Origin: Alphaproteobacteria bacterium
GTDB taxonomy: Bacteria; Pseudomonadota; Alphaproteobacteria; SHVV01
Length of the DNA stretch: 64,000 bases
Direction of reading: 5' to 3'
NCBI GenBank assembly: GCA_965224275.1
Contig: CBDCYR010000002.1
Span: 192,902 to 256,901, forward strand
Part shown: piece after piece, positions 51,830-60,639 of the stretch
Position numbering within the stretch: position 1 is the stretch's first letter
How the letters are laid out: the number at the start of each line of letters is the position of its first letter
Notes under the pieces: model-generated
Told to the model about the DNA's origin: nothing
What the model saw: only the letters and a program-made list of their open reading frames with translations
Databases searched by the model: none
Made by a program: the position numbers and the translations under genes

Positions 51830-53176
51830 GTCGATAACAAACTGAGTTGACCGCTTTATGTACCATATGAATTGACCGCTTCTGTTGTGGTGGTTTGGCT
51901 CGGTCGCGTCGAAACGGGTCACGCGGCCTGGAGCCTGTCGTCGTCGATGGTTTCGCCGTCGGCGCGGTAGCGCGCCAGACACCTGGGTCCGTGGAAGACG
52001 GCCAGGTGGCCGTCGGGATATTCGTGCACCCGGACCTGCGCCTTGACGTAGTGGTGGCGGTGGCGATCGGCCGGGATCTGCAGCGTGCGGTTCTTGTAGC
52101 GCACGGTGTTGTCGCCCGCGACGACGCGGTCCTCCTGGGCGCAGAGGATGTCCTCGAGCGTGCCGGCAAAAGCCACGAAGGCCGAGCCGGTGTCCGCGGC
52201 CGGGCGGGCGAAGCGGGCGTTGTGCGCCGGCCAGAAGAGCTCCTCGAGAAAGCGATTGGCCTCGGCCATGGTGGCGATCCCGGCGAGGCGCAGCTCCTGG
52301 GGCAGGCGCTTCTGCAAGGTCCCGAACATGCGCTCCGAGCGGCCCCGGGCCTGCGGCGAATAGGCCGCGATCAACTCGATGCCGAGCTGCGCCAAGGCCC
52401 GGCCGACCTGGGTCGGGTTGTCCTTGTCCACACCGCCGCCTGCCTCGGGCGTGTGCCAGTAGTGCGAGGCCCGATCGGCGTAGAGCGAGCAGAACAGCCC
52501 GTTTTCGGCGATCACCTCGCCGAGCCCGCGGAACGTGCTCATCGTGCCCTCCTCGGCAACGAAGAAGCCCGAATAGACCTCCGATGTCGCATCGTCCATG
52601 GTCACGATCAGATCCCACCACTGGCCCGCAACCCACTCGTGGCTCGAGCCGTCCTGGTGCAGCATCATCCCCACCACCGGTCGGCGCGGCCGCTTCCGGC
52701 GGTGCGCCCCGCGCCTGGGCGCCGGCTTGATCTTGCCGTGCGCCTGCAAGCTCAGGCGAAGCCAGTTGTAGCTCAGCCCGAAGCCATGCTCGCAGACCAG
52801 CTTCTCGTGGAAGTGCTTGGCCGTGAAGTCCGGGTAGCGCGTCTCGAACAGCTCCAGCACCCGCATCACCTCGTCCACCGGCGCGCGGCGCGCCGAGACC
52901 CGCCCAAGGCGACGGTCGTACAAACCCTCGGCACCCTCGGCCTCATAGCGCTCCCGCCAGCGCCGGAACGTCCGCTCCGACATGCCCAGGATCTCCGAGG
53001 CCTCGGCCTGGCTCAAATCACCCCGATAACAACGTCCGTAGACATCCTCGAACTTCATCAATCTCAGTCCCTGCAACTGCTCCGTCCGGCGCATCCGATT
53101 CCTCCAGATTTGGAGGAAATCTAAAACCGGACAGATCATCTGTTACATAGACCGGTCATATCGTGTGTTAGCGACA
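51830..53176 (-). mobile_element. ISNCY (IS1202-group-like) insertion sequence with long 17-bp target duplication
   Basis: Imperfect ~40-bp terminal inverted repeats ('TGTCGATAACAAACTGAGTTGACCGCTTTATGTACC' versus the reverse complement of 53140-53176). A direct repeat 'GTAAAGGGGCGTTATGT' lies at 51813-51829 and 53177-53193. IS1202-group elements are known for unusually long target duplications. Confidence 0.65.
51919..53139 (-). CDS. ISNCY/IS1202-like transposase (HTH + rve integrase-core)
   Basis: 406-aa frame with an N-terminal HTH ('SQAEASEILGMSERTFRRWRERYEAEG') and DDE integrase-core-like middle. The real start is probably downstream of the listed Met. Confidence 0.75.
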   Translation of the reverse strand: MICPVLDFLQIWRNRMRRTEQLQGLRLMKFEDVYGRCYRGDLSQAEASEILGMSERTFRRWRERYEAEGAEGLYDRRLGRVSARRAPVDEVMRVLELFETRYPDFTAKHFHEKLVCEHGFGLSYNWLRLSLQAHGKIKPAPRRGAHRRKRPRRPVVGMMLHQDGSSHEWVAGQWWDLIVTMDDATSEVYSGFFVAEEGTMSTFRGLGEVIAENGLFCSLYADRASHYWHTPEAGGGVDKDNPTQVGRALAQLGIELIAAYSPQARGRSERMFGTLQKRLPQELRLAGIATMAEANRFLEELFWPAHNARFARPAADTGSAFVAFAGTLEDILCAQEDRVVAGDNTVRYKNRTLQIPADRHRHHYVKAQVRVHEYPDGHLAVFHGPRCLARYRADGETIDDDRLQAA

Positions 53177-53193
53177 GTAAAGGGGCGTTATGT

Positions 53194-54782
53194 CGACCAA
53201 AATCGAAATAGTCTGTATGATACCTTGAATCCAATATTCCGCGTTCCTTACCCGGGATCATGTTTCTGCCGCGCAATCATTCTTACATCGGATCGTGTCC
53301 CGCGGAGTGGTGTAAGAGCGTTGCGCTCTACGCTGCTCCCGGCGGGTAGGGCCGGGACGTTCAGGCTGCCACGGTGGGCAGCGTGATGGGGACATCATCG
53401 CTCAGCGGAGCGATGGATTCCAGCGTCATGTATCTCCTTGAGACGGCCCACTCGTCGTTCTGCTCGAGAAGGATGGCGCCGACGAGCCGTGTGATGGCGG
53501 CTTCGTTGGGAAAGATACCGACGACGTTGGTGCGACGCTTGACCTCGGCATGGAGCCGTTCGATCGGGTTTGTGGAGTGCAATTTCTGGCGGTGCTCCCT
53601 GGGGAAGCTCATGTAGGCGAGGACGTCGTGCTCGGCTTCGTCCATGAGAACTGCCAGCTTGGGCACCTTGAGCCTGAGCTGGTCGGCGACCTGGCGCCAC
53701 TGGACCTTCGCGCTGTCGGCGTCCTCCTGGGCGAAGGCGGTGGCGACGAAGGCGGAGACGACGCGCCGGCCCTGGCGGCCGGCATGGGCCAGCAGGTTGC
53801 GGGCGAAGTGCACGCGGCAGCGCTGCCATGTGGCGCCGAGGATCCGGGTCGCGGCGGCCTTCAGGCCCTTGTGGTCGTCGGAGATCACCAGCTTCACGCC
53901 GCGCAGCCCGCGCCGGGCCAGCGAGCGCAGGAACTCGGTCCAGAAGGCCTCGGCCTCAGACGCGCCGATCGCCATGCCCAGGACCTCGCGGCGGCCCTGG
54001 TCGTTGACGGCCACAGCCACGGTCACCGCGACCGAGACGATGCGCCCGGCCTCGCGCACCTTTACATAGGTTGCGTCGAGCCACAGATAGGGCCAGTCGC
54101 CCTCCAGCGATCGATCGAGGAAGCCGTTGACCTTATCGTCGATCTCGCCGCACAGCCTGGAGACCTGGCTCTTGGAGACGCCCGACATGCCCATGGCCTG
54201 CACCAGGTCGTCGACCGAGCGGGTCGACACGCCCTGGATGTAGGCCTCCTGGATCACCGCAGCCAGCGCCTTCTCGGCCATCCGCCGCGGCTCCAGGAAG
54301 CCCGGGAAGTAGCTCCCCTTCCTCAGCTTCGGGATCTTCAGCTCGACCGTGCCGGCCCGCGTCTCCCAGGACCGGTCGCGGTAGCCGTTGCGGTGGGTGA
54401 TACGATCCGCCGAGCGCTCGCCGTGAGCGGCGCCGGTCAGGCCCTCGACCTCCAGTGCCATCAGCCGCTCGGCCGTGAAGCCGATCATCTCGCGAAGCAG
54501 ATCGGCATCGGAGCTCTTCTCCAAAAGCGCGCGCAGGGTCATCATGTCCTGGGTCATCGTGGTTCTCCTTCGGGTCAGGTTGGTTTGCACTAGCCCAACC
54601 CTAAACCGGAACCGCGATGGCCTCCGCTGTGGATAGCCGGCTTGCCTACGCCAGACTCTCGGCGGTCGCTACGGCAAGCCGCCTACCCACAGCTAACAGA
54701 GGCTCCAACAACTCCTACACCACGTCCTGGGACACGACCTTACATCGTTGATACCTCTCCCACGTCGAGAGGTTGTGGCCGC
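53194..54782 (-). mobile_element. IS256-family element (boundaries approximate)
   Basis: It contains an intact IS256-family transposase. The exact inverted repeats and target duplication could not be resolved by eye. Confidence 0.5.
53361..54590 (-). CDS. IS256-family (Mutator-like) transposase
   Basis: 409 aa with the characteristic '[13 protein letters not shown]' DDE region and a C-terminal '[41 protein letters not shown]'. Confidence 0.9.
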   Translation of the reverse strand: MQTNLTRRRTTMTQDMMTLRALLEKSSDADLLREMIGFTAERLMALEVEGLTGAAHGERSADRITHRNGYRDRSWETRAGTVELKIPKLRKGSYFPGFLEPRRMAEKALAAVIQEAYIQGVSTRSVDDLVQAMGMSGVSKSQVSRLCGEIDDKVNGFLDRSLEGDWPYLWLDATYVKVREAGRIVSVAVTVAVAVNDQGRREVLGMAIGASEAEAFWTEFLRSLARRGLRGVKLVISDDHKGLKAAATRILGATWQRCRVHFARNLLAHAGRQGRRVVSAFVATAFAQEDADSAKVQWRQVADQLRLKVPKLAVLMDEAEHDVLAYMSFPREHRQKLHSTNPIERLHAEVKRRTNVVGIFPNEAAITRLVGAILLEQNDEWAVSRRYMTLESIAPLSDDVPITLPTVAA

Positions 54783-54878
54783 GTATCGGTACAATTCCGG
54801 TCCCGGCGGCGTTGCCGCTACTGCTCACTTGTCTGATCGGCCTGGGGCTGATCGGTCGCGGTCGGAAATCCGCCTAAC
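54783..54878 (+). pseudogene. Orphan 3' remnant of a VPLPA-CTERM gene
   Basis: It translates to 'IGTIPVPAALPLLLTCLIGLGLIGRGRKSA*'. This is almost identical to the tail of the 40936..41670 protein ('IIPVPAAMPLLLSGLVGLGLIGWRKRKAA'). No upstream body is present; IS256 abuts it. Confidence 0.55.
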
Positions 54879-55084
54879 TGTCGCAGAGCTAAGGGCGGCT
54901 TTGGCTGCCCTTTTTGACTGACACCCGGCGATGATCCGAGTAACGCACCATTTTGGCACCGCCAAACTCTGCTCGCTTGCACACCACTAACCCGTTCGCT
55001 ACAAAATTGGGACGGTCCGGCCACGCCACGCCGGTCGAGGCTGTTTCCCTCACGAGCGGAGAGTAGTTTGAGCACCAATCCAAA

Positions 55085-56833
55085 TTGTCGCGTGCGCACC
55101 CGGCAGAACCACCCACCCCTTCGCTTGCATCGTTTCCCGCGATGACCGCGCCGGTTTTCGACCCACCCGGGCCCGGGTCTTGGGTGCTCGATGATGTGCA
55201 TTTCGCACGGCCGGCGTCGCGCTATCTGGTCAGCGTGTTCCCGTTGGCGATGCCGGTCGGATTCCGCGCCGGTACAAAGCATTATGGTCTGTTGCTCGAC
55301 TACATCGAGATCGCCTTTGTCGGCAATTTCTTCTATTCGCAGCCACGCCCGATTGGCGCACCGCCGGGCGCCAAGGGGCCGCCACCCAAGCTGATCTTCC
55401 AGATACTCACCCGCCTCCACCCCGAGATGCGCCGGCGCGTCAAACGCAGCGCCGAGGTGTTCGAAAAAAAGGCCTGGCGTGAAGATCTGGCATGGTGGAA
55501 CAACGAGCTCAAACCGCAATCGCTCGAGCATGCGCGGGGGCTGCAGGCAGTCGACCTCGACGGGCTCGCCGCCGACGCGCTGCTCGCCCATCTCAACGAC
55601 TGCCGCGAGTTCGTGCTTTTCGCGGTCACCAACCACCATCGGCTCAATCCCTGCAACATGGTGCCTCTGGGGGATTTTCTCAGTCATGCCCAGGCCTGGA
55701 CCGGCCTCGCCACAGGCGAACTCCTGCAACTCATGCAGGGCGCGTCACCCTATTCTGGCGGCGCTGTGTCCGAACTCGAGGCGCTGGCTGCAGCGTTGCG
55801 CGAAGACGCCGAAGCCTTGGCGGTGCTGCGGTCCGACCGTGATGCGCTCGACATCCTCGATCACCTGCGCAGCCACAACCGCGCGGTCGGCAATGCGGCC
55901 CGCGCCTACATCGATCTGATCGGCTATCGCATTATGTCGGGTTACGACGTCGCCGATCTCTACACGTTGGAAGCGCCGGGCTCGTTGATCGAGGTCATGC
56001 GTACCGCCGTCGATGCCGATCCCGAGGCGCCCACCGCCGCTGCCGATGTGAGCGCCAAACTCGCCGCGGTGCGCGATGCCGTGCCCGAGCGGCACCACGC
56101 CGAGTTCGACGAACTCTATGACGAAGCCCGCGCCACCTACCATTTACGCGACGAGAAGATCATGTGCGGCGATGCGCTCGCTACCGGGCTCACCCGGCGC
56201 GCGCTGCAAGCGATCGGGCGCCTGCTTGCTGAGGCCGGCAAACTCGACGACCCCACTCACATCTTCGATGCCACCCACGAGGAGATCGTCGGCTTGCTCG
56301 CAACCGGTGACGGTCCGCCGGCCGCTGAATTCGCCGAACGCACGCAACAACGGGCCGCGGCTGAGATCGCCGGCGCCCCGCCTTTGCTCGGTCCGCCGCC
56401 GGCTCCACCGCCGCCGGCCGATTGGTTCCCGGCCAAGGCGCGGCGCATGCAACAGGGCATGGACGCCGTGCTGACGCACATGTTTCGCCACGACGACCGC
56501 CCGCCCGAGGGCAAAATGCTGCACGGCCTCAGTGCCAGCCCCGGCAGTTACGAGGGCATCGCCAGGGTGGTGACGGGGCCGGACGATTTCCAGCGGGTCG
56601 AGCCCGGCAATGTGCTGGTCGCGAAGACCACGGCGCCGGCCTACAACGTGCTGCTGCCGATGCTCGGCGCGGTGGTTACCGCGCGCGGCGGCGTGCTATC
56701 GCACGCGGCCGTGGTAGCACGCGAATACGGCCTGCCCGCCGTGGTTGGCTGCGGCGAAGCGATGACCGAAATCGCCGATGGCGCGCGGGTTCGCGTCGAT
56801 GGTGATGCGGGAGCGGTTTGGATCGAGGCTTAG
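55085..56833 (+). CDS. Protein with ~440-aa N-terminal domain of unknown function + C-terminal PEP-utilising-enzyme mobile (phosphohistidine swivel) domain
   Basis: 582 aa. The C-terminus 'VLVAKTTAPAYNVLLPMLGAVVTARGGVLSHAAVVAREYGLPAVVG' is the PF00391 swivel domain with the phospho-His ('LSHAA'). The start may be the internal Met at 55142. Confidence 0.7.
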   Translation: MSRAHPAEPPTPSLASFPAMTAPVFDPPGPGSWVLDDVHFARPASRYLVSVFPLAMPVGFRAGTKHYGLLLDYIEIAFVGNFFYSQPRPIGAPPGAKGPPPKLIFQILTRLHPEMRRRVKRSAEVFEKKAWREDLAWWNNELKPQSLEHARGLQAVDLDGLAADALLAHLNDCREFVLFAVTNHHRLNPCNMVPLGDFLSHAQAWTGLATGELLQLMQGASPYSGGAVSELEALAAALREDAEALAVLRSDRDALDILDHLRSHNRAVGNAARAYIDLIGYRIMSGYDVADLYTLEAPGSLIEVMRTAVDADPEAPTAAADVSAKLAAVRDAVPERHHAEFDELYDEARATYHLRDEKIMCGDALATGLTRRALQAIGRLLAEAGKLDDPTHIFDATHEEIVGLLATGDGPPAAEFAERTQQRAAAEIAGAPPLLGPPPAPPPPADWFPAKARRMQQGMDAVLTHMFRHDDRPPEGKMLHGLSASPGSYEGIARVVTGPDDFQRVEPGNVLVAKTTAPAYNVLLPMLGAVVTARGGVLSHAAVVAREYGLPAVVGCGEAMTEIADGARVRVDGDAGAVWIEA

Positions 56834-57678
56834 CGATCCGCCCGCAAATCCTGCCTCTGGACGAGGCGACCGATACCGGCGCTTGCGGCGGCAAGGCGGT
56901 GCAGCTCGGCGCCGCGCTACGCGCCGGACTGCCGGTACCACCCGGCCTGGTGGTCACCGCCGCGGCGGCCGCGCGCATCGCGGCTGGCGATCCCGAGCCA
57001 ATCGCGGCACTTAAGGAAGCCTACCAGGCAAGTTTCGACGGCCCGATCGCGGTGCGTTCGTCTGCGACCGATGAGGATTCGGTGGATGCCAGCTTTGCCG
57101 GCCAACACGAAACCCTGCTCAATGTGAGAGGCTTCGAAAGCGTGCACGATGCCGTCGTCGCCGTATGGCAATCGGCGCACAGCGAAGCGGCTCTGGCTTA
57201 TCGCCGCCAACTCGGTGTGGACGGCGAGCCCAGCTGCGCGGTGGTACTGCAAACCCTGGTCGAGCCCGATTGCGCTGGCGTGCTGTTCACCATCGATCCG
57301 ATGTCGGGTGAAGACGTACGGGTTGTTGAAGCGGCCTGGGGATTCGGCGAAGCCGTCGTGTCGGGCCTGGTCACCCCCGATCACGTATGTATGGACCGCG
57401 CCGGCACCGTAGTGTCCAGCCAGGCCGGTGCCAAGGAGCACGCGCTGCGTCGGGCCACCGATAGCGGCCTCGAAGAACACGAGATAGAACCGGCGCTGGT
57501 CGGCCAGCTTTGCCTCGACCCCACGCAGTTGCGGCGGCTTAACGATCTTGCCGGTACGGTTGAGACGCTGTTTGGCCACGGCCAGGACATCGAATGGGCG
57601 TTTGCCGGCGACACCTTATTCCTGCTGCAAACCCGACCGATCACGACCGCCTCCACCGCCCCAAGGGCCGAGACTTGA
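56818..57678 (+). CDS. PEP/pyruvate-binding (PPDK_N, ATP-grasp-type nucleotide-binding) domain protein
   Basis: 286 aa with 'GGKAVQLGAALRAGLPVPPGLVVT...IAVRSSATDEDS...SFAGQHETLLNV' typical of PF01326. It overlaps the upstream gene by 16 nt. Confidence 0.75.
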   Translation: MDRGLAIRPQILPLDEATDTGACGGKAVQLGAALRAGLPVPPGLVVTAAAAARIAAGDPEPIAALKEAYQASFDGPIAVRSSATDEDSVDASFAGQHETLLNVRGFESVHDAVVAVWQSAHSEAALAYRRQLGVDGEPSCAVVLQTLVEPDCAGVLFTIDPMSGEDVRVVEAAWGFGEAVVSGLVTPDHVCMDRAGTVVSSQAGAKEHALRRATDSGLEEHEIEPALVGQLCLDPTQLRRLNDLAGTVETLFGHGQDIEWAFAGDTLFLLQTRPITTASTAPRAET

Positions 57679-57688
57679 GGCGGCGGAC

Positions 57689-59131
57689 ATGACCGAAACC
57701 GTCGCCGGAGAATCGCCGAACGGACCAAAGAAACGGCCGGTCGAGCCCATCGGCCAGCGCAGCCTGATGCGGCTGTTCATCTCGGCCACGCTGGCGTCGA
57801 GCCTATTGCCGCTGAATTCGACGATGATTGCGGTGGCATTGCCCGAGATCGGGCTCGAGTTTGACGCCAAACCGGCCGACCTCACCCAGGCCCTGGTCGT
57901 GGTCTATCTACTGGCTGGGATCGTCGCCCAGAGTCCGGCCGGAAAGTTCGGCGACATATGGGGCCACACCCGCATGCTGGCGCTGGGCCGGTGGTTGTTC
58001 GCCGGCGCCGCGGTGCTCGGCGTTGTGTCACCCTACCTGTTTGGCCTGTCGGTCTCGCGGATCTTGATGGCGGTCGGCGGCGCCCTGATGATCCCGGCGA
58101 CGATGGCGCTGCTCCGCATTCATATAAATGTCGAGCGGCGCTCGCGTTTGTTCGGCTACTTCGGCGCGGCAATGGCCAGCTCCGCCGCGCTCGGGCCGCT
58201 GATCGGTGGCGTCCTAACCGAACATTTCGGCTGGGCATCGGTGTTCCTGGCCAACATACCGATCCTGGCGCTATCGATTGTGCTGCAACCACGCGGGCTC
58301 GCTGATACCGCAGCCAAGGGCGAGGGCCGAGCTGGCGACACCAAGGCGAACTTGCGCCACTTTGATTGGCTCGGAAGCGTGCTGTTGGGGGTCGGGCTGG
58401 TGGCGTTGGTCACCGTGGCCCGAACACCGGGCAGCGCCGCACTCATCCTGGGTGCGCTCGGCGTGGTGTCGATCGGCTGGTTCATCATCTGGGAGCTGCG
58501 GGTACCGGTGCCGGTGGTCGATCTCATGCTGTTTCGCCGGCTGACCTTTACCGCCGGCGCAATCATGATCGCGCTGCAGAATGTGGCGATGTATGCGACG
58601 TTATTTCAGATGCCGTTCTATCTGGCGGTTTTGATCGATGCCGGCCCCTCCGAAATCGGCATTGTGCTGTGGGCGATGAGCGGCGGCATGGTGCTGTTTG
58701 CGCCGGTCGGTGGCATGTTATCCGAACGCCTCGGGGTGCGGCGCACAGTGGCGGGCGGCGCGGCGATCTCGATCATCGGCATCGCCCTGCTGGTCGCCAC
58801 CTTCGGCACGCCCTCACTGGTGATCGTCACCAGCTGCGTCTTGGTGTTCGGCTGCGGCTTCGGGCTATCACATGGCCCGATCCAGGCCGCGGCACTGTCG
58901 GCCATTCCACCCCAGCACAGCGGCATGGCCTCGGGCGTGATTGCAACCTTGCGCTATATCGGCGGCGTCATTGGCATCGCCGCGCTCGGCCTGCTGCTGG
59001 CGAGCGATCCGGGCGGCGCCGATCTCACCATCCACCGCGACGCCTTCATGCTCTATGTCGGCAGTCTGATATTGACACTCTTCTTGGCACTTGCGATGCC
59101 GCGCTTCCTGCGCGACGTCGAGGCGAAATAG
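57689..59131 (+). CDS. MFS drug/metabolite exporter (14-TM EmrB/QacA-like)
   Basis: Hydrophobic 14-TM pattern, 'LPEIG...' motif A region, start 11 nt after the preceding stop. The listed frame begins earlier (57548), but that N-terminus is Arg/Pro-rich. Confidence 0.8.
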   Translation: MTETVAGESPNGPKKRPVEPIGQRSLMRLFISATLASSLLPLNSTMIAVALPEIGLEFDAKPADLTQALVVVYLLAGIVAQSPAGKFGDIWGHTRMLALGRWLFAGAAVLGVVSPYLFGLSVSRILMAVGGALMIPATMALLRIHINVERRSRLFGYFGAAMASSAALGPLIGGVLTEHFGWASVFLANIPILALSIVLQPRGLADTAAKGEGRAGDTKANLRHFDWLGSVLLGVGLVALVTVARTPGSAALILGALGVVSIGWFIIWELRVPVPVVDLMLFRRLTFTAGAIMIALQNVAMYATLFQMPFYLAVLIDAGPSEIGIVLWAMSGGMVLFAPVGGMLSERLGVRRTVAGGAAISIIGIALLVATFGTPSLVIVTSCVLVFGCGFGLSHGPIQAAALSAIPPQHSGMASGVIATLRYIGGVIGIAALGLLLASDPGGADLTIHRDAFMLYVGSLILTLFLALAMPRFLRDVEAK

Positions 59132-59160
59132 CGCTTCCCGGTCGGGGACGCCGCGGCTTG

Positions 59161-60639
59161 CTTAGCAGCCCGTTGACGAAGTCTTCCCTGGACGAAGTCG
59201 GCATGGTCTGATTCTCTGGTGTCCTGGCCTGAAGGGGGGTTCGCTGATGGCGATGGGACAGCAGAAGGATCGTCAGGGGGACTTGATGGTGAGCTGGTCG
59301 GAGATGCCGCGCTCGCCAGGTCATGTATTTTACGACCGCCTGCAGTTGGTACTGATCGAGGGCGGCTTCGACGGCTTCGCCGAGGCGGTCTGCCAGCCCT
59401 ATTACGCGGCCAGGATGGGGGCGCCTTCGGTGCCACCCGGGCGCTACTTCCGTATGCACCTGGCGGGCTACTTCGAGGGTATCGACTCTGAGCGTGGGCT
59501 GGAGTGGCGCTGCTCGGATTCCCTGTCGCTACGGGAGTTCCTGCTGTTGGAGATGCGGGAACGGGTGCCGGACCATTCCTGGCTGTCACGGACCCGCGCG
59601 CGCCTGCCCCATGAAGTCCACACGGCGGTGTTTGACTGGGTCCTGGCGCTGATCGCCGAGGCGGGTCTGGTGAAGGGCGAGCGCATCGGGGTGGATGCCT
59701 CGACCATGGAGGCCAACGCGGCGCTGCGCAACATCGTGCGGAGGGACACGGGCGAGGGTTACCGGGGGATGCTGGAGCGCTTGGCCCAGGAGAGCGGTAT
59801 CGAGACACCCACGGCTGAGGACCTGGCGCGTCTGGACCGCAAGCGCAAGGGCAAGAAGCTCTCGAACCAGGACTGGGTTTCCAGGAGCGACCCCGAGGCC
59901 AAGATCGCCAAGATGAAGGACGGCACCACGCACCTGGCCTACAAGCCCGAGCACGCGGTGGATCTGGACACCGGCGCGGTGGTGGCGGCGGAGCTGCACC
60001 CGGCCGACGAGGGCGATACGACAACGCTTCCCAAGACCCTGGCGGCGGCCGAGGCAAACCTCGAGGCGGTGGATGTGGCGCCGACGGCCGAAGATCCGGC
60101 CGAATGTGTGACCGATAAGGGCTACCACTCACGGTTGGTCTTGAAGGCGCTCGACGACGGCCCCTGGAAGAGCCGGATCTCCGAGCCCAAGCAGAAGGGT
60201 TTTGCGCGCTGGCACGGAGATGATGCGGCTCGCCGGGCGGTCACCAACAACCGGACCCGGCTGTTATCGGGGGTGGCCAGGGAAGCCTTCAAGCTGCGCG
60301 CCGAGATCGTCGAGCGCTCCTTTGCCCACAACCTCGATCGCGGCGGTATGCGCCGGACCTGGCTTCGGGGCCGCGAGAACGTGCACAAGCGATACCTGCT
60401 TCACGTCGCCGGCCACAACCTATCGTTGCTGATGCGCCAACTCATCGGCGCCGGCACCCCGAAGGAGGCCGTGGCGGGCGGAATTGGCGCCTTGTTCGTG
60501 CTTGTTACGCCCGCTGGAGCCGTCCTGGTCGTTCAGATCGTCCTCATCGTCTCGGAGGATGGCGAAACCGCCTTCGCCGCGATATGCTTCGCCGTGGCGT
60601 GAAACCCGGTCAATGACGCCTTTTTCAACGGGCTGTTAG
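59161..60639 (+). mobile_element. IS1182/IS5-like insertion sequence (1479 bp)
   Basis: The terminal inverted repeats are 'CTTAGCAGCCCGTTGA' (59161-59176) and, at the other end (60625-60639), the reverse complement of 'CTAACAGCCCGTTGA'. It encloses a 451-aa transposase. Confidence 0.6.
59247..60602 (+). CDS. IS1182/IS5-superfamily transposase (DUF772 N-terminal + DDE)
   Basis: 451 aa: 'SRTRARLPHEVHTAVFDWVL...ERIGVDASTMEANAALRNIV...' plus a C-terminal DDE_Tnp_1-like region. Confidence 0.75.
   Translation: MAMGQQKDRQGDLMVSWSEMPRSPGHVFYDRLQLVLIEGGFDGFAEAVCQPYYAARMGAPSVPPGRYFRMHLAGYFEGIDSERGLEWRCSDSLSLREFLLLEMRERVPDHSWLSRTRARLPHEVHTAVFDWVLALIAEAGLVKGERIGVDASTMEANAALRNIVRRDTGEGYRGMLERLAQESGIETPTAEDLARLDRKRKGKKLSNQDWVSRSDPEAKIAKMKDGTTHLAYKPEHAVDLDTGAVVAAELHPADEGDTTTLPKTLAAAEANLEAVDVAPTAEDPAECVTDKGYHSRLVLKALDDGPWKSRISEPKQKGFARWHGDDAARRAVTNNRTRLLSGVAREAFKLRAEIVERSFAHNLDRGGMRRTWLRGRENVHKRYLLHVAGHNLSLLMRQLIGAGTPKEAVAGGIGALFVLVTPAGAVLVVQIVLIVSEDGETAFAAICFAVA

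Noticed and set aside
51824-53124. Large ORFs (270 aa minus, 409 aa plus) overlapping the ISNCY transposase
   Set aside because: They are alternative-frame or antisense readings of the transposase gene in GC-rich DNA.
53194-53360. Attempt to define IS256 inverted repeats and target duplication
   Set aside because: Candidate matches (e.g. 'TGATACCT' on both sides; 'AGTCTGTATGATACC' resembling IS256 ends) were not mutually consistent. The boundaries are left approximate.
53550-54593. 347-aa plus-strand ORF
   Set aside because: It is antisense to the IS256 transposase.
59053-60132. 359-aa minus-strand Pro/Arg-rich ORF
   Set aside because: It is antisense to the IS1182-like transposase.
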